This document shows positions 1 to 11,725 of a stretch of 64,000 nucleotides of DNA, in pieces. Each line of letters begins with the position of its first letter. Positions within the stretch are counted from its first letter, which is position 1. The stretch lies in contig MU058781.1 in the NCBI GenBank assembly GCA_013265495.1, positions 1,778,963 through 1,842,962 of the forward strand, in the 5' to 3' direction. The notes under the pieces were generated by a model. It worked only from the letters and a program-made list of their open reading frames with translations, searched no databases and was not told where the DNA came from. The position numbers were made by a program, and so were the translations under genes. This DNA comes from Vicugna vicugna (taxonomy: Eukaryota).

Positions 1-929
1 CAAAAATCAAGAAACTGCTGGCTCCAAGAGAATGGGTCTTGCCTGTAACAATTTAAGGAATGTCTCTGGAACGGGAGCAGAGAAGGTCAAAGCACAGCCA
101 TCCTCATTCTTCCCACATGCCTTCCCCTGCACAGGCCTCCCAGAGCGGAGAAGAAAGTCAGCTGATCGGGGCTGACCCTTCAGGAAAACTGAAAATGGCC
201 TGATTGATTCTTGCATTACGAACACCTGCTGATTTCTTCTTTAAAGGCTTGAGTTAATTTTTAATCTAACTCTTCAGTATAGTAGTCAATAAACTTTTTG
301 ACCCTGCCAAAAAAATAAGGGTCTCCCAAGTTGCCATAATATCTATTAAGCTCAAAGTTTCTATTAACCACATTCTGCTAAGCCTCATAGAAAAACCAAT
401 ACTCTTGATTATTTAAGTATTGGAAACAAACTCAAATGATGAACTCTCATTATGAAACAAAAATGTGCAAAGCTACCATCAGTCTCTCTGATCAATGTCC
501 TAATACTGCAGGCATTCCACTCAAAACCAGAGACCACGTCCCTTGTGCATGTTCCCCTATTTACTATACTGGTAAGTAGATTCAGTTTGATATGCACATA
601 TTTTGTTCATGATCATCTCCGTTTAAAATGACACATTCTCTTGTGTGCCTTGTTTTCTGTATGTATGAAACAGAGCTTTAGGTTTTATATGTTTAATATG
701 CTTAACTGTGTGTGCATATATAATACATTTATATCTCTATCCATCTATCCTTACAATTCTGAGAAAGAAAACTACATGGGGAAGTCATTCTGATTTTTCC
801 ATTCTTATCTAAAGTTATGAGAGAAAATGCTATTCTTTCATCATATTTATATGCGAAGAGTATCTTTACACTGGTTCTTGGATAAGGCTACAGGGATTAG
901 CAGAAAAGGTTGTATTTTTAGAATCAGAA

Positions 930-1100
930 GGTTTATGCCTGGCTTTGTTACCTCTAGTATGTGATCTTGGGTAAATCATTTATCTTCTTTGAAACTCAGT
1001 TTTCTTACCTATAAAGATGATATAGCCAAACAGGATTTTTTTCTCTCTAAAGTCTTTTGAGAGGCTTCAAAAGAGATAATGTGTGTAAAAATGCATTAAA
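930..1100 (+). mobile_element. MIR SINE remnant
   Basis: tgtgatcttgggtaaatcatttatcttctttgaaactcagttttcttacctataaa resembles the MIR core. Confidence 0.65.
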
Positions 1101-1962
1101 AAACATTTAACTGATAAATATAAAATATTGCTATACTCGTGTATTCAAGTGAGAACTCAAAGCCAAAAAGACAACAAATATAAGTAAAAATAATTATTCA
1201 GTAAATTCATAAATCACATGAATTATGTGATTATATATATTATATGTTATATCATGAAATGCAAATAAAATTCTAGATTGCATGCACATTTTGATTTCAA
1301 TAAGAACTAATGAAATTACAGGTTTCATTATTTAAGAATGACCTAACCTGGCCCCTTCCACAAATAAAATGATTGTGAAGTGTAAATACAGTTGTAGGCA
1401 TACACACACATTGTCACTTGCTAACAGGTCCCATAGCATATGTGCCTTGGTGAAGCATCCATTAGTGAAACACGTCTAAATTGAATTGTGGTAAATAATT
1501 TTGAACGCACTGAGAGCTTGTTCTTTGAAGGAATCGTACTGTGGATACGCCTGGGAAGCAAGTGTTCATTTCCCCACCCATGCTTTGTGGATCGGAGAGG
1601 GGACAGGAAGAGAAAAGAGCAGCGCGCTGGGAACCAGCAGCACCAGCCTGCACCTAATCAGCAGCAGTTGAGCATTTACTGCATGTCAGGTGTTAGCCTC
1701 GGTGCAGGAGAGACATTACTGAGCAATGCAGACAAAAACCTGCCCCCGTGAAGCTTGCATTCAGGTCAGAAGGGCCAAATAAAAATCACATGATTTAATA
1801 AATAAGTAAATTATTAGAAAGTTCCAAGTGCTATGTAAATGAATAACTTGTTAGGTCATAGCGTTATTAAAAAAAAAAAGCAGCATAAGGAGATAAGTAT
1901 GATTATGGCAGGGCAGTTCCCGTTTTCAAGAGCAGGTAAAGTGGGTCTACCTGAGAAGGCAT

Positions 1963-2112
1963 GGGGGGAAGACTGCAGCTCAGGGGTAGAGTGCATGCTT
2001 AGCATGCACAAGGTCCTGGGTTCAATCCCTAGTACCTCCGTTAAAAAATAAATAAAGCTAATTACTCCCCCCCCCTCACACACAAAAAAAACAAAGCAAA
2101 ACAAAACAAACA
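1963..2112 (+). mobile_element. Camelid tRNA-derived SINE (vic-1-like), inserted in an L2 remnant
   Basis: GCTCAGGGGTAGAGTGCATGCTTAGCATGCACAAGGTCCTGGGTTCAATCCCTAGTACCTCC with A/B boxes, then AAATAAATAAA, a C-run and an A-rich tail. Confidence 0.85.
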
Positions 2113-3266
2113 AGAGTTGTCTGAAGTCACTTAAAAAAAAGTCACTTAAAAAAACTGAAGGCATTAGGAAGACAGCCACACAGCTCTTGGAGAAAGACCC
2201 AGGCAGGGGAAACAGCCAGTGCAAAGGCCCCTTTTGATTCTGAAGAAACAATCTTAAAAAGAGAGCAACCCATTTTGCCGATGAGCAACAGTGTCCCAGA
2301 GTGACTTGTTCAAGGGAACAGAGCTGCTCTAACAAAGCCGGGACAAGAAACCAGGTTTCTTGGCTCTTGGTCCAGAGCCCTTGTTCCGTTCTGTGCCTCT
2401 GTTCACCAGGCACAGAGGAAAGTGCCCTGTTCCTACAAGGCACTGAGTGACATAGGGTGACATCTCTGCCGTGGGGGGTGCAGAATTCTTCCGCTCTATT
2501 ACTCAGTCAGGTCCACTGACATTTCTCGAATGGTAGATAAAGCTCAAAAATAATTTCATGTTTCTTCCCAGGGTTTATTTTCCTCCTCGCTTTATGTGTG
2601 CTTCCTTTCTTGGGTGGGTCATTTTAACATCAGGTTATCTATTAAAGTAAGTGTATTTCTTTGGATGCCTGATAAAGGAGAGGTGTTAAACATGGAAATA
2701 AGCTATAAAATAGAAAGCATTTATGACTGAGCATGAAAAAAAAGCTGGTAAAAGAGGAGAGAGCTGATAAAATGGAGAGAATGTGGAGCTGATGACTGAG
2801 GGGGGAGAGGCTGTAGGGAGCCAGGAGGAAGGGGGAGGGGGAGCCAGACCTCTGAAACATACTAGGACCAGAGCCCCAGGCACTAAGCTCCTAAGTGAAA
2901 ACGATGATGAAATAAGAAGTTTCAGGTAAAAAAAGTTAAAAACAAAGAGACCACAAAAGAAGAAACCTGCAGAAAAGGCAAGCATAGTGGAAAGGGGGCT
3001 GGAAAGGAGAAGAGATTTAAAGGTATTTTCAAGTAAAATTATGAGATTATTACACAATAAACAACAAAAAGAAAAAAGAATCAGATTTCAGACACAGTAG
3101 ACTTGAGAGCTGGTGGAATTACTAACAGCAAAAGGGAACAGAGAGACGTTGTCTGAAAGGTGAGCAGCTTTCTTTTGGTGATGCCAGGTTTAAGGTGGCA
3201 GTGAGGTTCTCACCAGTGGAAAGGCTCGAGCAGAGAAGAGGTGCATTTGGAAGATGGGTATCGCCT

Positions 3267-3571
3267 GGGGCTGTTTTGTCTAATATAGTAGCCTCGAACC
3301 ACACGTGGCTGTGGAGAAACTGGCCAGCCGGAGCTGAATGTGCCATAGCAGGAAACACACATCAGATTGTGAAGACTTCATAGGGGAAAAAAGTTTAGTG
3401 TCTCACTAATTTTTTCTACACTGACTACATGTTGAAGTATTATTTGTGGGGAGTGGGTTAAATAAAATACATTAAAAATAACATCACCCATCTCTTTTTA
3501 CTTTTAAGGTGACTACTAGAAAATTAACAATTACATACATGGCTGGCATTGTATGTCTCCTGGGGAGTGCT
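3267..3571 (+). mobile_element. hAT-Charlie MITE (MER33-like)
   Basis: Starts gctgttttgtctaatatagtagcc..ccacacgtggct and ends ..actagaaaattaacaattacatacatggctggcattgtatgtctcctggggagtgct, matching the MER33 layout. Confidence 0.7.
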
Positions 3572-3699
3572 AACACAGAGCAGTAGTAGATAATTTTAGG
3601 ATCACAGAAGGGAAGAGAATTGAGGGGGATCACAGACAGCATTTAGAGGTGTCTCCACTGCAAACATATGAGATAAAGAAGAACCCAAGTTATTATAAT

Positions 3700-3890
3700 A
3701 GTTAATATTTTCTGAACACTCGAAGCACTAAGCTAGCCACATTGTGTTATCTTATTTGTTCCTCCAAACCTTATGAATTAACATTACCATCTTCTTTTAC
3801 AGAAGAAAAAACTGAGGCCTAAAGAAGTTAATCTGCCCAAGGTCACAGTGAAATGTTGATGCCAGGATTCAATCCTGTGACTGACTCCCA
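3700..3890 (-). mobile_element. MIR SINE remnant
   Basis: ttttacagaagaaaaaactgaggcctaaagaagttaatctgcccaaggtcaca..ccaggattcaatcc. Confidence 0.7.
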
Positions 3891-5269
3891 AATTGCCACA
3901 TCAACACCAAAACAATGCACACCCTGCAATTATTAAATTGTTAGTTTCAATATAACCACTTAAAATTTAACAACTTATTACAATGGTTCATTGTCAGAGT
4001 CGATGTCCTAGTTCGATTAAGAAAAAAATACAAATATACACATTTGTAACTTCAGCATTATGCTACTAATGCTGACATACTCTCACCATGCTGAGCTCAA
4101 ATAAGAGCGTCCAGTGTGACTTCCTGCTCCAGTGAACATCTACTAAAACCCAAACTGGACGAGTTAAGAAGGTACACAGCTGATTGTCCAAGGGAGGTGA
4201 CCCGGCACAACCCTGAGCAGCAGGGCCCTGCTTTCTGAATATAACTAGATATACCATGTGATCCACTTAACAAATATTAAACTCTTTTAGACTTATGAAA
4301 GCCCCAGAACCTCCCAAACTGTGATTTAAATGTTTTGAAGGGATCAATTACACCTCAACTAAAAAAAAAAAAAGGAGATATTCTTGGACTCGTTCCCTTA
4401 CTCGTTCCAGTTCATACTAATTTGGAACAGAAGTTCAGGCCTTGAAGGACACAGCCAGTTAGCCCTAAAGATGCTTTGTCCACCCAGCTGTCAGGATGTC
4501 AAGGGCATGAAGTGACAGACTGAGGTATCAGAGATGCCACCTATACTCATCACTGAGCACCACCAAACGGATTCCCTCTGGTCCAAGGGCATCTCTCCTC
4601 TCATCTTCACTTGAGATTCTCATCATTACCATTGTCGATTGGATGAACAATCCTGCAGCTGCACTGCTGTTTCTTATTTGTCCATTAGCATCAGTATGCT
4701 GCTTTATTGGGTTATTTATTTTTTTTAATTTACTGAGCACCTTCTATGTGCCAAGCACTGTTGGAGGTACTAGAAATACAGCAGTGAACAAAATGACAAA
4801 AATCTCTGCCCTACTGAAACTTATATTCTGGCGGCTAGCACATTCAATAAATTCAATAAACCAGATACTATATTAAATAATAGATGCTGAAGACGGGAAA
4901 AAAATTAGGCAGACAAGGGCAATATGAACTGTGGTGGGTGGGGTGGGAAAGACGAAGAGTGGCCAGGGAAGACTTCGCAGGTAATCAGATAGTTTGTGCC
5001 TGAAAGCGTAGAGGGGGCAAAAGCTAGGGCTGATAGGTGCCAGCTGGAGTGGGGAAAAGACAGGAGATTTGCATATTTTAACAAGCCCTTAAGTGGAGAG
5101 GAAACCATTTGCGAGGGAGGAGAAAGGCAGAGAGTATGAACCACTGAGGACAAGGAAGTCTTCACATTTTGCCGGGGACTAGCTGGTCCTTTGAGTTTAG
5201 CACACTTTCTTTTTTTATAGTCACACACCCAGACTCTGCTTCCAACACTCTCAGGCAGTCCATGGGACA

Positions 5270-6350
5270 CTCACACACCGCGCTCTCTCTCCAGGAACAG
5301 AGCTTAACGCCCAGCAGAAAGCGTTACGAATTCGGAGCCGAGGCGCAAACTGGGAGAGCGCGCAGTTGTTGGAAGGGAAGAGGCCCCTCCATCCCGGTCC
5401 ACAGATGGAAACCCACCCCCCGGCACCGCCGTGCAAACCCCGGGAGGCGCGGGCCGGCACCCAGACACACCCCCGGGGCTGCGGGCGCCGTGCTGGAGGA
5501 GAGGAAGGCATTCAACCGTTAGAGCCCCAAAGCCAGAATTTCCCGAGGCAGGGCGGGTCCCGCGCGAGGGAAGCGCCGTTCCCCGCGCCGGGAGCGGGGG
5601 GCGGCGGGTGGGAGCCGGTGCGGGGAACGCGGCCGCGGGCGGGCATGGCCGCCGCGGGAGCAGCGAGCGGTTGCCGGGCATCCCGGCGCCGCCGGCCCCG
5701 TGCATGCAACAGGGGGCTGGACGCGAGCGGGTGCCTCGAGGTGCCCGGCGGGACCGCGGGCCCGGACCGAGTGCCCGACACCGGGGGTCCCGGGGACTCG
5801 GCCCGGGCCGCGCGCCCCCGCCCAAACGCTCACCGCCCCCTCCCCAGGCCCGCGCGGCCCGGCCCGGCCCGCCGTCAGCGACGGGTTCCAGCGGTCGAAC
5901 CCNNNNNNNNNNNNNNNNNNNNNNNNNNNNNNNNNNNNNNNNNNNNNNNNNNNNNNNNNNNNNNNNNNNNNNNNNNNNNNNNNNNNNNNNNNNNNNNNNN
6001 NNNNNNNNNNNNNNNNNNNNNNNNNNNNNNNNNNNNNNNNNNNNNNNNNNNNNNNNNNNNNNNNNNNNNNNNNNNNNNNNNNNNNNNNNNNNNNNNNNNN
6101 NNNNNNNNNNNCGGGCAGGCGAGCCCGCGGCCCCCGGGGGCCTCGCGCGCTCCCTCCCGGGCGCCCGGCTTCTCCCGCGCGGCCGCGGCGCCCCCTACCG
6201 GGAGGGCGGCGATTTGCAGGCCCAGCCGGCACCGGCCGCGCTCAGCCACCCCACGTTCGCAGAGCCTCGGCGAGGACCCATCCATCACCCGCCTCTGTAC
6301 GCCGATCCCGAGGCTGCGACGGCCGCAGGAGCTGGGGGAGGAGAGGAGCT
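5270..6350 (-). promoter_or_regulatory. ELOVL2: CpG island / promoter of ELOVL2
   Basis: Very GC- and CpG-rich stretch with GC boxes flanking the gap; includes the motif GGGCGGCGATTTGCAGG characteristic of the ELOVL2 promoter. Confidence 0.8.
5903..6111. other. Assembly gap (209 N) inside the CpG island
   Basis: Run of N seen directly. Confidence 1.
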
Positions 6351-6519
6351 GCAGAGGTCCTTCTCTTAGTTGGCTCCGTGGCTTTCAAGCACACATTAAA
6401 GGGAGACTGGCCCTTGCTCATGCTGGTTTGCGGGATGTGGTGTTTTAGAGGTAGGGGTCAGTCCGGACACTCAATTTCAGTGTGTCATTAACCTGGGGTA
6501 GTAGAATATAGTAGAATAT

Positions 6520-6706
6520 GAATTCTCAATGTAGATATTCTCAGACATTATTGTGTATGCATTGCACCTGATGATTTAATCAACTACAGAGACCTGGGAC
6601 TCATCAAGGTGATCACAGGTGTAGACCAGGAATACAAAATTCTAACAAGCATCACAAGTGATGCTGATGCAAGCAGGTGGTCCATGGACCACATTTTGAG
6701 AACACA
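6520..6706. mobile_element. MER5-like hAT MITE
   Basis: attctaacaagcatcacaagtgatgctgatgc..ggtccatggaccacattttgagaa. Confidence 0.55.
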
Positions 6707-7423
6707 AGTCCATCATCTACTTAGGGAGAGCTTAAGTCTGTTTTTCTAACAACAGTAAGGGGAGATTTGACAGCCAACCTAATTTAGGCATTGTGCTGTT
6801 TGCTTGTAGGAATTGTACCACTGATGTCATGTAGACCCTGCAAATGCACAGCAGGTTAACACACGAAACTCTTAAATTCTGAATTATCCCTATACTTCCC
6901 TCTGCCATTTAGCCTGATAATCGTTATTTTACATTTATTATCTAAAAACACATATCAACTGATAGGGCCAGAAGGAGACCTAAAAAGTCACCAATATGTT
7001 ATCTTTTTCTTAGAATATTATTTTATGGCTTTTCTTGTCACTACAATAAAGAAGCTAAGGAGAGGGCAACTGCCAGAGCATTTTTCTTCCCCCACCAATT
7101 ATTTCATTAAACAGAAAAAGGAAGTGGTTCTGCCTCTGTAAACACAGGACTGGGGTAGTACTGTAACATTCTGACCAGATGTAACATGAATTCCCACTTA
7201 TTTACCAATAAAAGTACTTTAATATGCCATCAACATGCTTTTATAAAAATTTTCTTCCTTTTATCCTATGTTCTCTTGTATGGATTACTCACTTATAATT
7301 TATTGTGACTTTAAATCAATCTGCTTTTCTCCAGAATATTTGCATTTTTAGGCCAATAATAATAATAGAAACAGCCCCTGGAAACCACATACTCTGCCTT
7401 TGTGTAAAGTAACTCTACCTATG

Positions 7424-7823
7424 TGTATGGTCAGGCCATTCAAGATGGCTGTTCTCTTGTTCTCTGTACAGCCCCTGCTTCACTCACGTGACTATCCAGT
7501 CCTCTTAATTATAGGGCTTAATCAGTAACTTTCTAGTGCTTGCTCCCTGCTCCAGCTGCTGGTTTCTCTGGGAACTGATGAGCCACCCTGACATCACTTC
7601 CCCCTGTAAATGGTAGCCGCCTCCTCCCCTAGACTGCTGCCATGTCCTGCCTGCCGTCCGCCATCCACAGTGGGGGACTGCTCCAGGCCCTTTTGTTTCA
7701 GACCTGTGAGCTTCCCTATTGGATAAACTGTTGATGTCTCTGTCGCTGTCTCCAGGCTCTTGCTTTGGTCCAGAGGCTGGGGGCAACTACAAGGCATGCA
7801 GACCTGTGGGGTGCAGCCCAACG
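7424..7823 (+). mobile_element. Solo LTR (400 bp), probably ERVL-class
   Basis: TG start, CG end (mutated CA) in ..GGTGCAGCCCAACG; perfect 5-bp TSD CTATG at 7419-7423 and 7824-7828. Confidence 0.75.
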
Positions 7824-8104
7824 CTATGAAGTTAGAAATGAAAAGTAGTAAGATGAAGAGGAAACCCAGACAAAGCCTCCCTGCACAAGTCAATTACCTC
7901 CAACAAACTGAGTGCATCTTTCACTCAGTAACATCAGGGCTATGGATTTACAACAAAGCAACATACGTATATGTTGCTCATTTGGTTGTTAGGGAGTAAC
8001 AAGTGGACAAGCCTCACCTCGGATCAATCCAGGTAAAAAGAGATTTATGTTCATTCATTTAAAAATCTTTTCTGAGCACTGTGTTCCAGTACAATGTTCT
8101 AAAG

Positions 8105-8333
8105 CAGGGGTTGGCAAACTACAGCCACAGGACAGATCTGGCCAGCTGCCTCGGTTTTTGTAAATAAAGTTTTACTAGAGCACAGCTATGTCCATACGTT
8201 TACACGTGGTCTCGGGCAGCTTTCACGCTACAATGGCAGAGTTGAGTAGCTGTGATGGAAACCATAGGGCCTGCAGGTCCTCAAATATCTACTGTTTGGC
8301 CCTTAACAACAAAATAAAAATGTGCCAACCCTT
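8105..8333 (+). mobile_element. MER58A-like hAT-Charlie MITE
   Basis: CAGGGGTTGGCAAACTACAGCC..TTTTTGTAAATAAAGTTTTACTAGAGCACAGC..TGCCAACCC with terminal inverted repeats. Confidence 0.85.
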
Positions 8334-11332
8334 ACTGACTCCAGATGTTATGAATAATGCCTTCGACACTACAAATAGATCCTTGTCTTTTGTGAGGCTT
8401 CTATTTTAATGGGAAAGAAGAATACAATAAACAAAACAATTTTAGATAGAGAAGTGGTATAAAGAAATAATATTATGAAAGAGAGTGACTTGATGGGAGG
8501 AGGCACTTTGGAGAGGCTGGTCAGGAAAGTCTCTCTAAGCAGATGACATCTGCATTGAGATTTCAGTGGCAGAACAAGCCAGCTATGAAACCATGAGAAA
8601 AATCTACAGGAGATTCTTCTAGATGAAGAAAATGCTCTGAGACAGAAAAGTTGGGCTCTACTTTTAAGGACTTATGTACCTAAGGATCCTGGCCCTGGTA
8701 GGATGTTCTCAAATGATGTCTACCTGTCAGCGGCAGCCACCCAGTTCAAGAAACCCTCGTGGGGCCGTTCCTTTGTACTCTTATGGCCATTTGACTGTAT
8801 TTCTACAAGCTCTGAAAAGGAAAAATTTAACCCAAGGTTTTAATGTGATTGGTCCGCTTCAAGGAAATAGGTCAGAGCTCAGAAGGAGAATGAGTCATGA
8901 AGAATGTTTTGAGTGAAATATTATTTGATTCTCTCATTAAACTAGGTAGATAGAAAAGTACATGACAATAATCTTGATACAATCTCTCACCACTCTAGTT
9001 CTATTAAAGGTAAACTGTAATGCATTTAGTTCTACAAATACTTCAGTTTACATCAAGGTCTGATTTAAAAATATTCATTCAGGCTGTCTTTATAGTCTGT
9101 GTCACATAGTGGACATTCAGTCAATATTTCAGACAGACTCACTTTTTTTTTTAACCCCATGCCACCTAAGGTTTTTGTGACATTCTAATGAGAATATCAT
9201 TAGATTCAAAGGTCTTTGGAAAGTATATTATTATTACTAGTTAATGGAAACGCAGTCCCTGAACAAATGCTAATTTAATATCTTTATATAAACAATATTG
9301 TGAAAAATGTCATGATCACCCTTTCAAAGTCTACACCATGGCAGCACTTTAATACAGAATATTCATTAAGGATCCACATTTGGACAATGGCCACCTCATT
9401 CACCATGCAACTCTGGACTCACCCTGCTCCCCCAAAACTCACCTCACTTCACCTCCAGACACTCTAGCAAGTCCTGCATAGCTTTGGACCTTGCTAAATA
9501 AATTCCTGCTGACTATACAAAATTTTGTCATCCAGACCAAGCTGTGTTCAGTAGCCAGACTACCTCTTGAAACCTTAGCATGCTGGCTTGTGACAGTAGT
9601 CAGAGCATACAAATAAATACCAAGGCCTGATCACCTTTTGAATTCCCTAAACAAACAGTTTAAAACAAAATGATGTCCTTTGGAACTGGCTGGGCAATAG
9701 GTCGATAACCTTTACTCCACTTTAGGAAAAAAGAAAAAACAAATAGAAAATAAATGTTTTCGTGAGACTAGTTAAGAGACCTGATTCTTCCAGAAGATAG
9801 GTTGCAAAGCAAAATGTTAAATGTAACATAGTAGAGACCACGGGAGAGAAGCAGGTAATCTCAGAGGCCTCTAAAGATCATCTAATAAAGTGTTCTTGAA
9901 GAGAAGGTAATAGCAGCTTCGAATTTTGCTTTCTGCTAATGAGGACAGCGAGGAAATAGACTGTTAGCCTTGAAACAAAGCAGAAACTATCGCCACAGTG
10001 GTTTGAGAGGTCCTTCTTAGACACGTGGCCATGTTAGTTAGCATCATTGATGGATGTCCGTCTGCACTCTTTTTGTCTAATGGTTTTATCCGGAACTCAC
10101 TGATACTGAGTATCTATCCAAAGCCTAACTGACAGAGGAGTTTTTTATGGGAATTTGTCATGTTTACGGTCTAACCTGAATAGTCTGACTCACCCCTGCA
10201 TTAAGCCAAGTCTTTAGAAAGCTGAGGACATGGACCAAATCCAATTGGCCCCCACTAAATCGTTTGACTCAAATGAACTTTGCACGATGCCATTATTTTA
10301 TTAAGAAATATTGTAAGAAGCAGCCCTATGAAATATTTTATTGTGTTTATGTCAATATAGCTAACTTAAAAAAAATCATTCACCCTACTAGAAGGGACCT
10401 GGGATAGAAATACTTACAACTTATTTTTATCTGGCTTTAGGATGTATGTTTGTACTAGAATAATTTTCACAGGTTCTACTTACTAGAATAATCATCAAAA
10501 TGAATTATAAAGAGTTAATCAAGTAGCAAATACCTTTGGGAAGGCCAAACCTCATTCATTCCTTCATTTATTCATCCATTCAACAAGTTTTTCTGAGCAC
10601 TTTTCATGTGTGCACTTGTCACCAGTATGCCTTCTTCGGTAAAGAGTCTCTTTAAATCTTTTCCCCATTTTTTATTGGGTTGTTTGCTTTCTTATTATCG
10701 AGTTTTGAGAGTTCTTTGTGTATTCTGGATATAACTCCTTTATCAGATAGGCATGGTGCAAATATTTTTCTTCTAGCCTATGGCTTGTTTTTTTCTTAAC
10801 CATGCCTTTCAAAGAGGTCTTAATTTTGATGAAATCCAAGTTTTTCTCTTTTTATGAACTGTGCTTTTGTTGTTGTATATAAGAAACATTGCCTTTCTAA
10901 AGTTACAAAGATTTCCCCCTACATTTTCTTCTAGAAATGGTGTAGTGTTATGTTTTGCATTTAGGTCTATTGATTCATTTTCAGTTAGTTTTTGTATTTG
11001 GTATGAGAGATAAATCAGAAAACAATTTTTTTCTGCACATGGATGTCCAATTGTTCTTGCACCATTTGTTGAAAAGACAATCTTTTTTATTTTGAATTGC
11101 CTTTGCACCTTTGTCAAAATCAACTGACCATGTAAGTGCGTATCTATTTCTGGACTTTCTGTTCTGTTCCATTGATCTATGTGTCTATCTTTTCACCAAT
11201 ACCACACTGTCTTTATTACTATTTCTTTAGAGTAAGTCTTGAAATCAAGTTTTGGAAAGTTTTCCACTCTCCTTTTCGAAATTGTTTTGACTTTTCCAGC
11301 TCCTTTGCTTTCCCATATAAATTTTAGAATCA

Positions 11333-11725
11333 CTAAGTGAAATAAGCCAGAAAGAGGAAGAAAAATACCATATGATATCACTTATATGTGGAATCTAAAA
11401 AAAAAAAAGGAAGACAAATGAACTTAAATATAAAACAGAAACAGACTCACAGTCATAAAATACAAACTTGTGGTTGCCAGGGAGCAGGTGGGTGGGAAAG
11501 GACAGACTGGGAGTTCAAGATTTGTAGATACTGACAGGTAGACATAGAATAGATACCCAAGATTATACTGTATAGCACAGGGAACTATATACAAGATCTT
11601 GTAGTAGCTCACAGTGAAAAAGAATATGAAAATGAATATATGTATATTCATGTATGACTGAAAAGCTGTGCTGTACACCAGAAATTAACACAACATTGTA
11701 AACTGACTATAACTCAATAAAAATA
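11333..11725 (+). mobile_element. Younger artiodactyl-type L1 3' end (5'-truncated)
   Basis: L1 3'UTR motifs (tactgtatagcacagggaactatat; aacacaacattgtaaactgactataactcaataaa); 16-bp TSD ATAAATTTTA(G/C)AATCA at 11317-11332 and 11726-11741. Confidence 0.85.

Larger units (their letters stand above)
1..6111 (-). other. ELOVL2: ELOVL2 5' region: proximal part of intron 1, with exon 1 (which ends in the ATG in human) inferred to lie in the N gap
   Basis: Both gap flanks resemble my recollection of human ELOVL2 (left: CCCCAGGCCCGCGCGG...GGGTTCCAGCGGTCGAACCC, intron 1; right: GGGCGGCGATTTGCAGGCCCAGCCGGC, promoter). The divergent ELOVL2/SMIM13 arrangement matches human synteny. No ELOVL2 coding sequence is visible. 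Confidence 0.75.

Noticed and set aside
1212..1331. Two short AT-rich inverted repeats (aatcacat..atgtgatt; taatgaaa..tttcatta)
   Set aside because: 8-bp stems in AT-rich intron sequence are expected by chance; no miRNA-length hairpin.
1970..2040. tRNA gene
   Set aside because: A and B boxes are present, but the sequence continues into a SINE body and A-rich tail, and several diverged copies exist in the window.
5169..6491. Many long overlapping Arg/Pro/Gly-rich ORFs across the ELOVL2 CpG island
   Set aside because: Artefacts of high GC content and the N gap, which lacks stops; no domain similarity.
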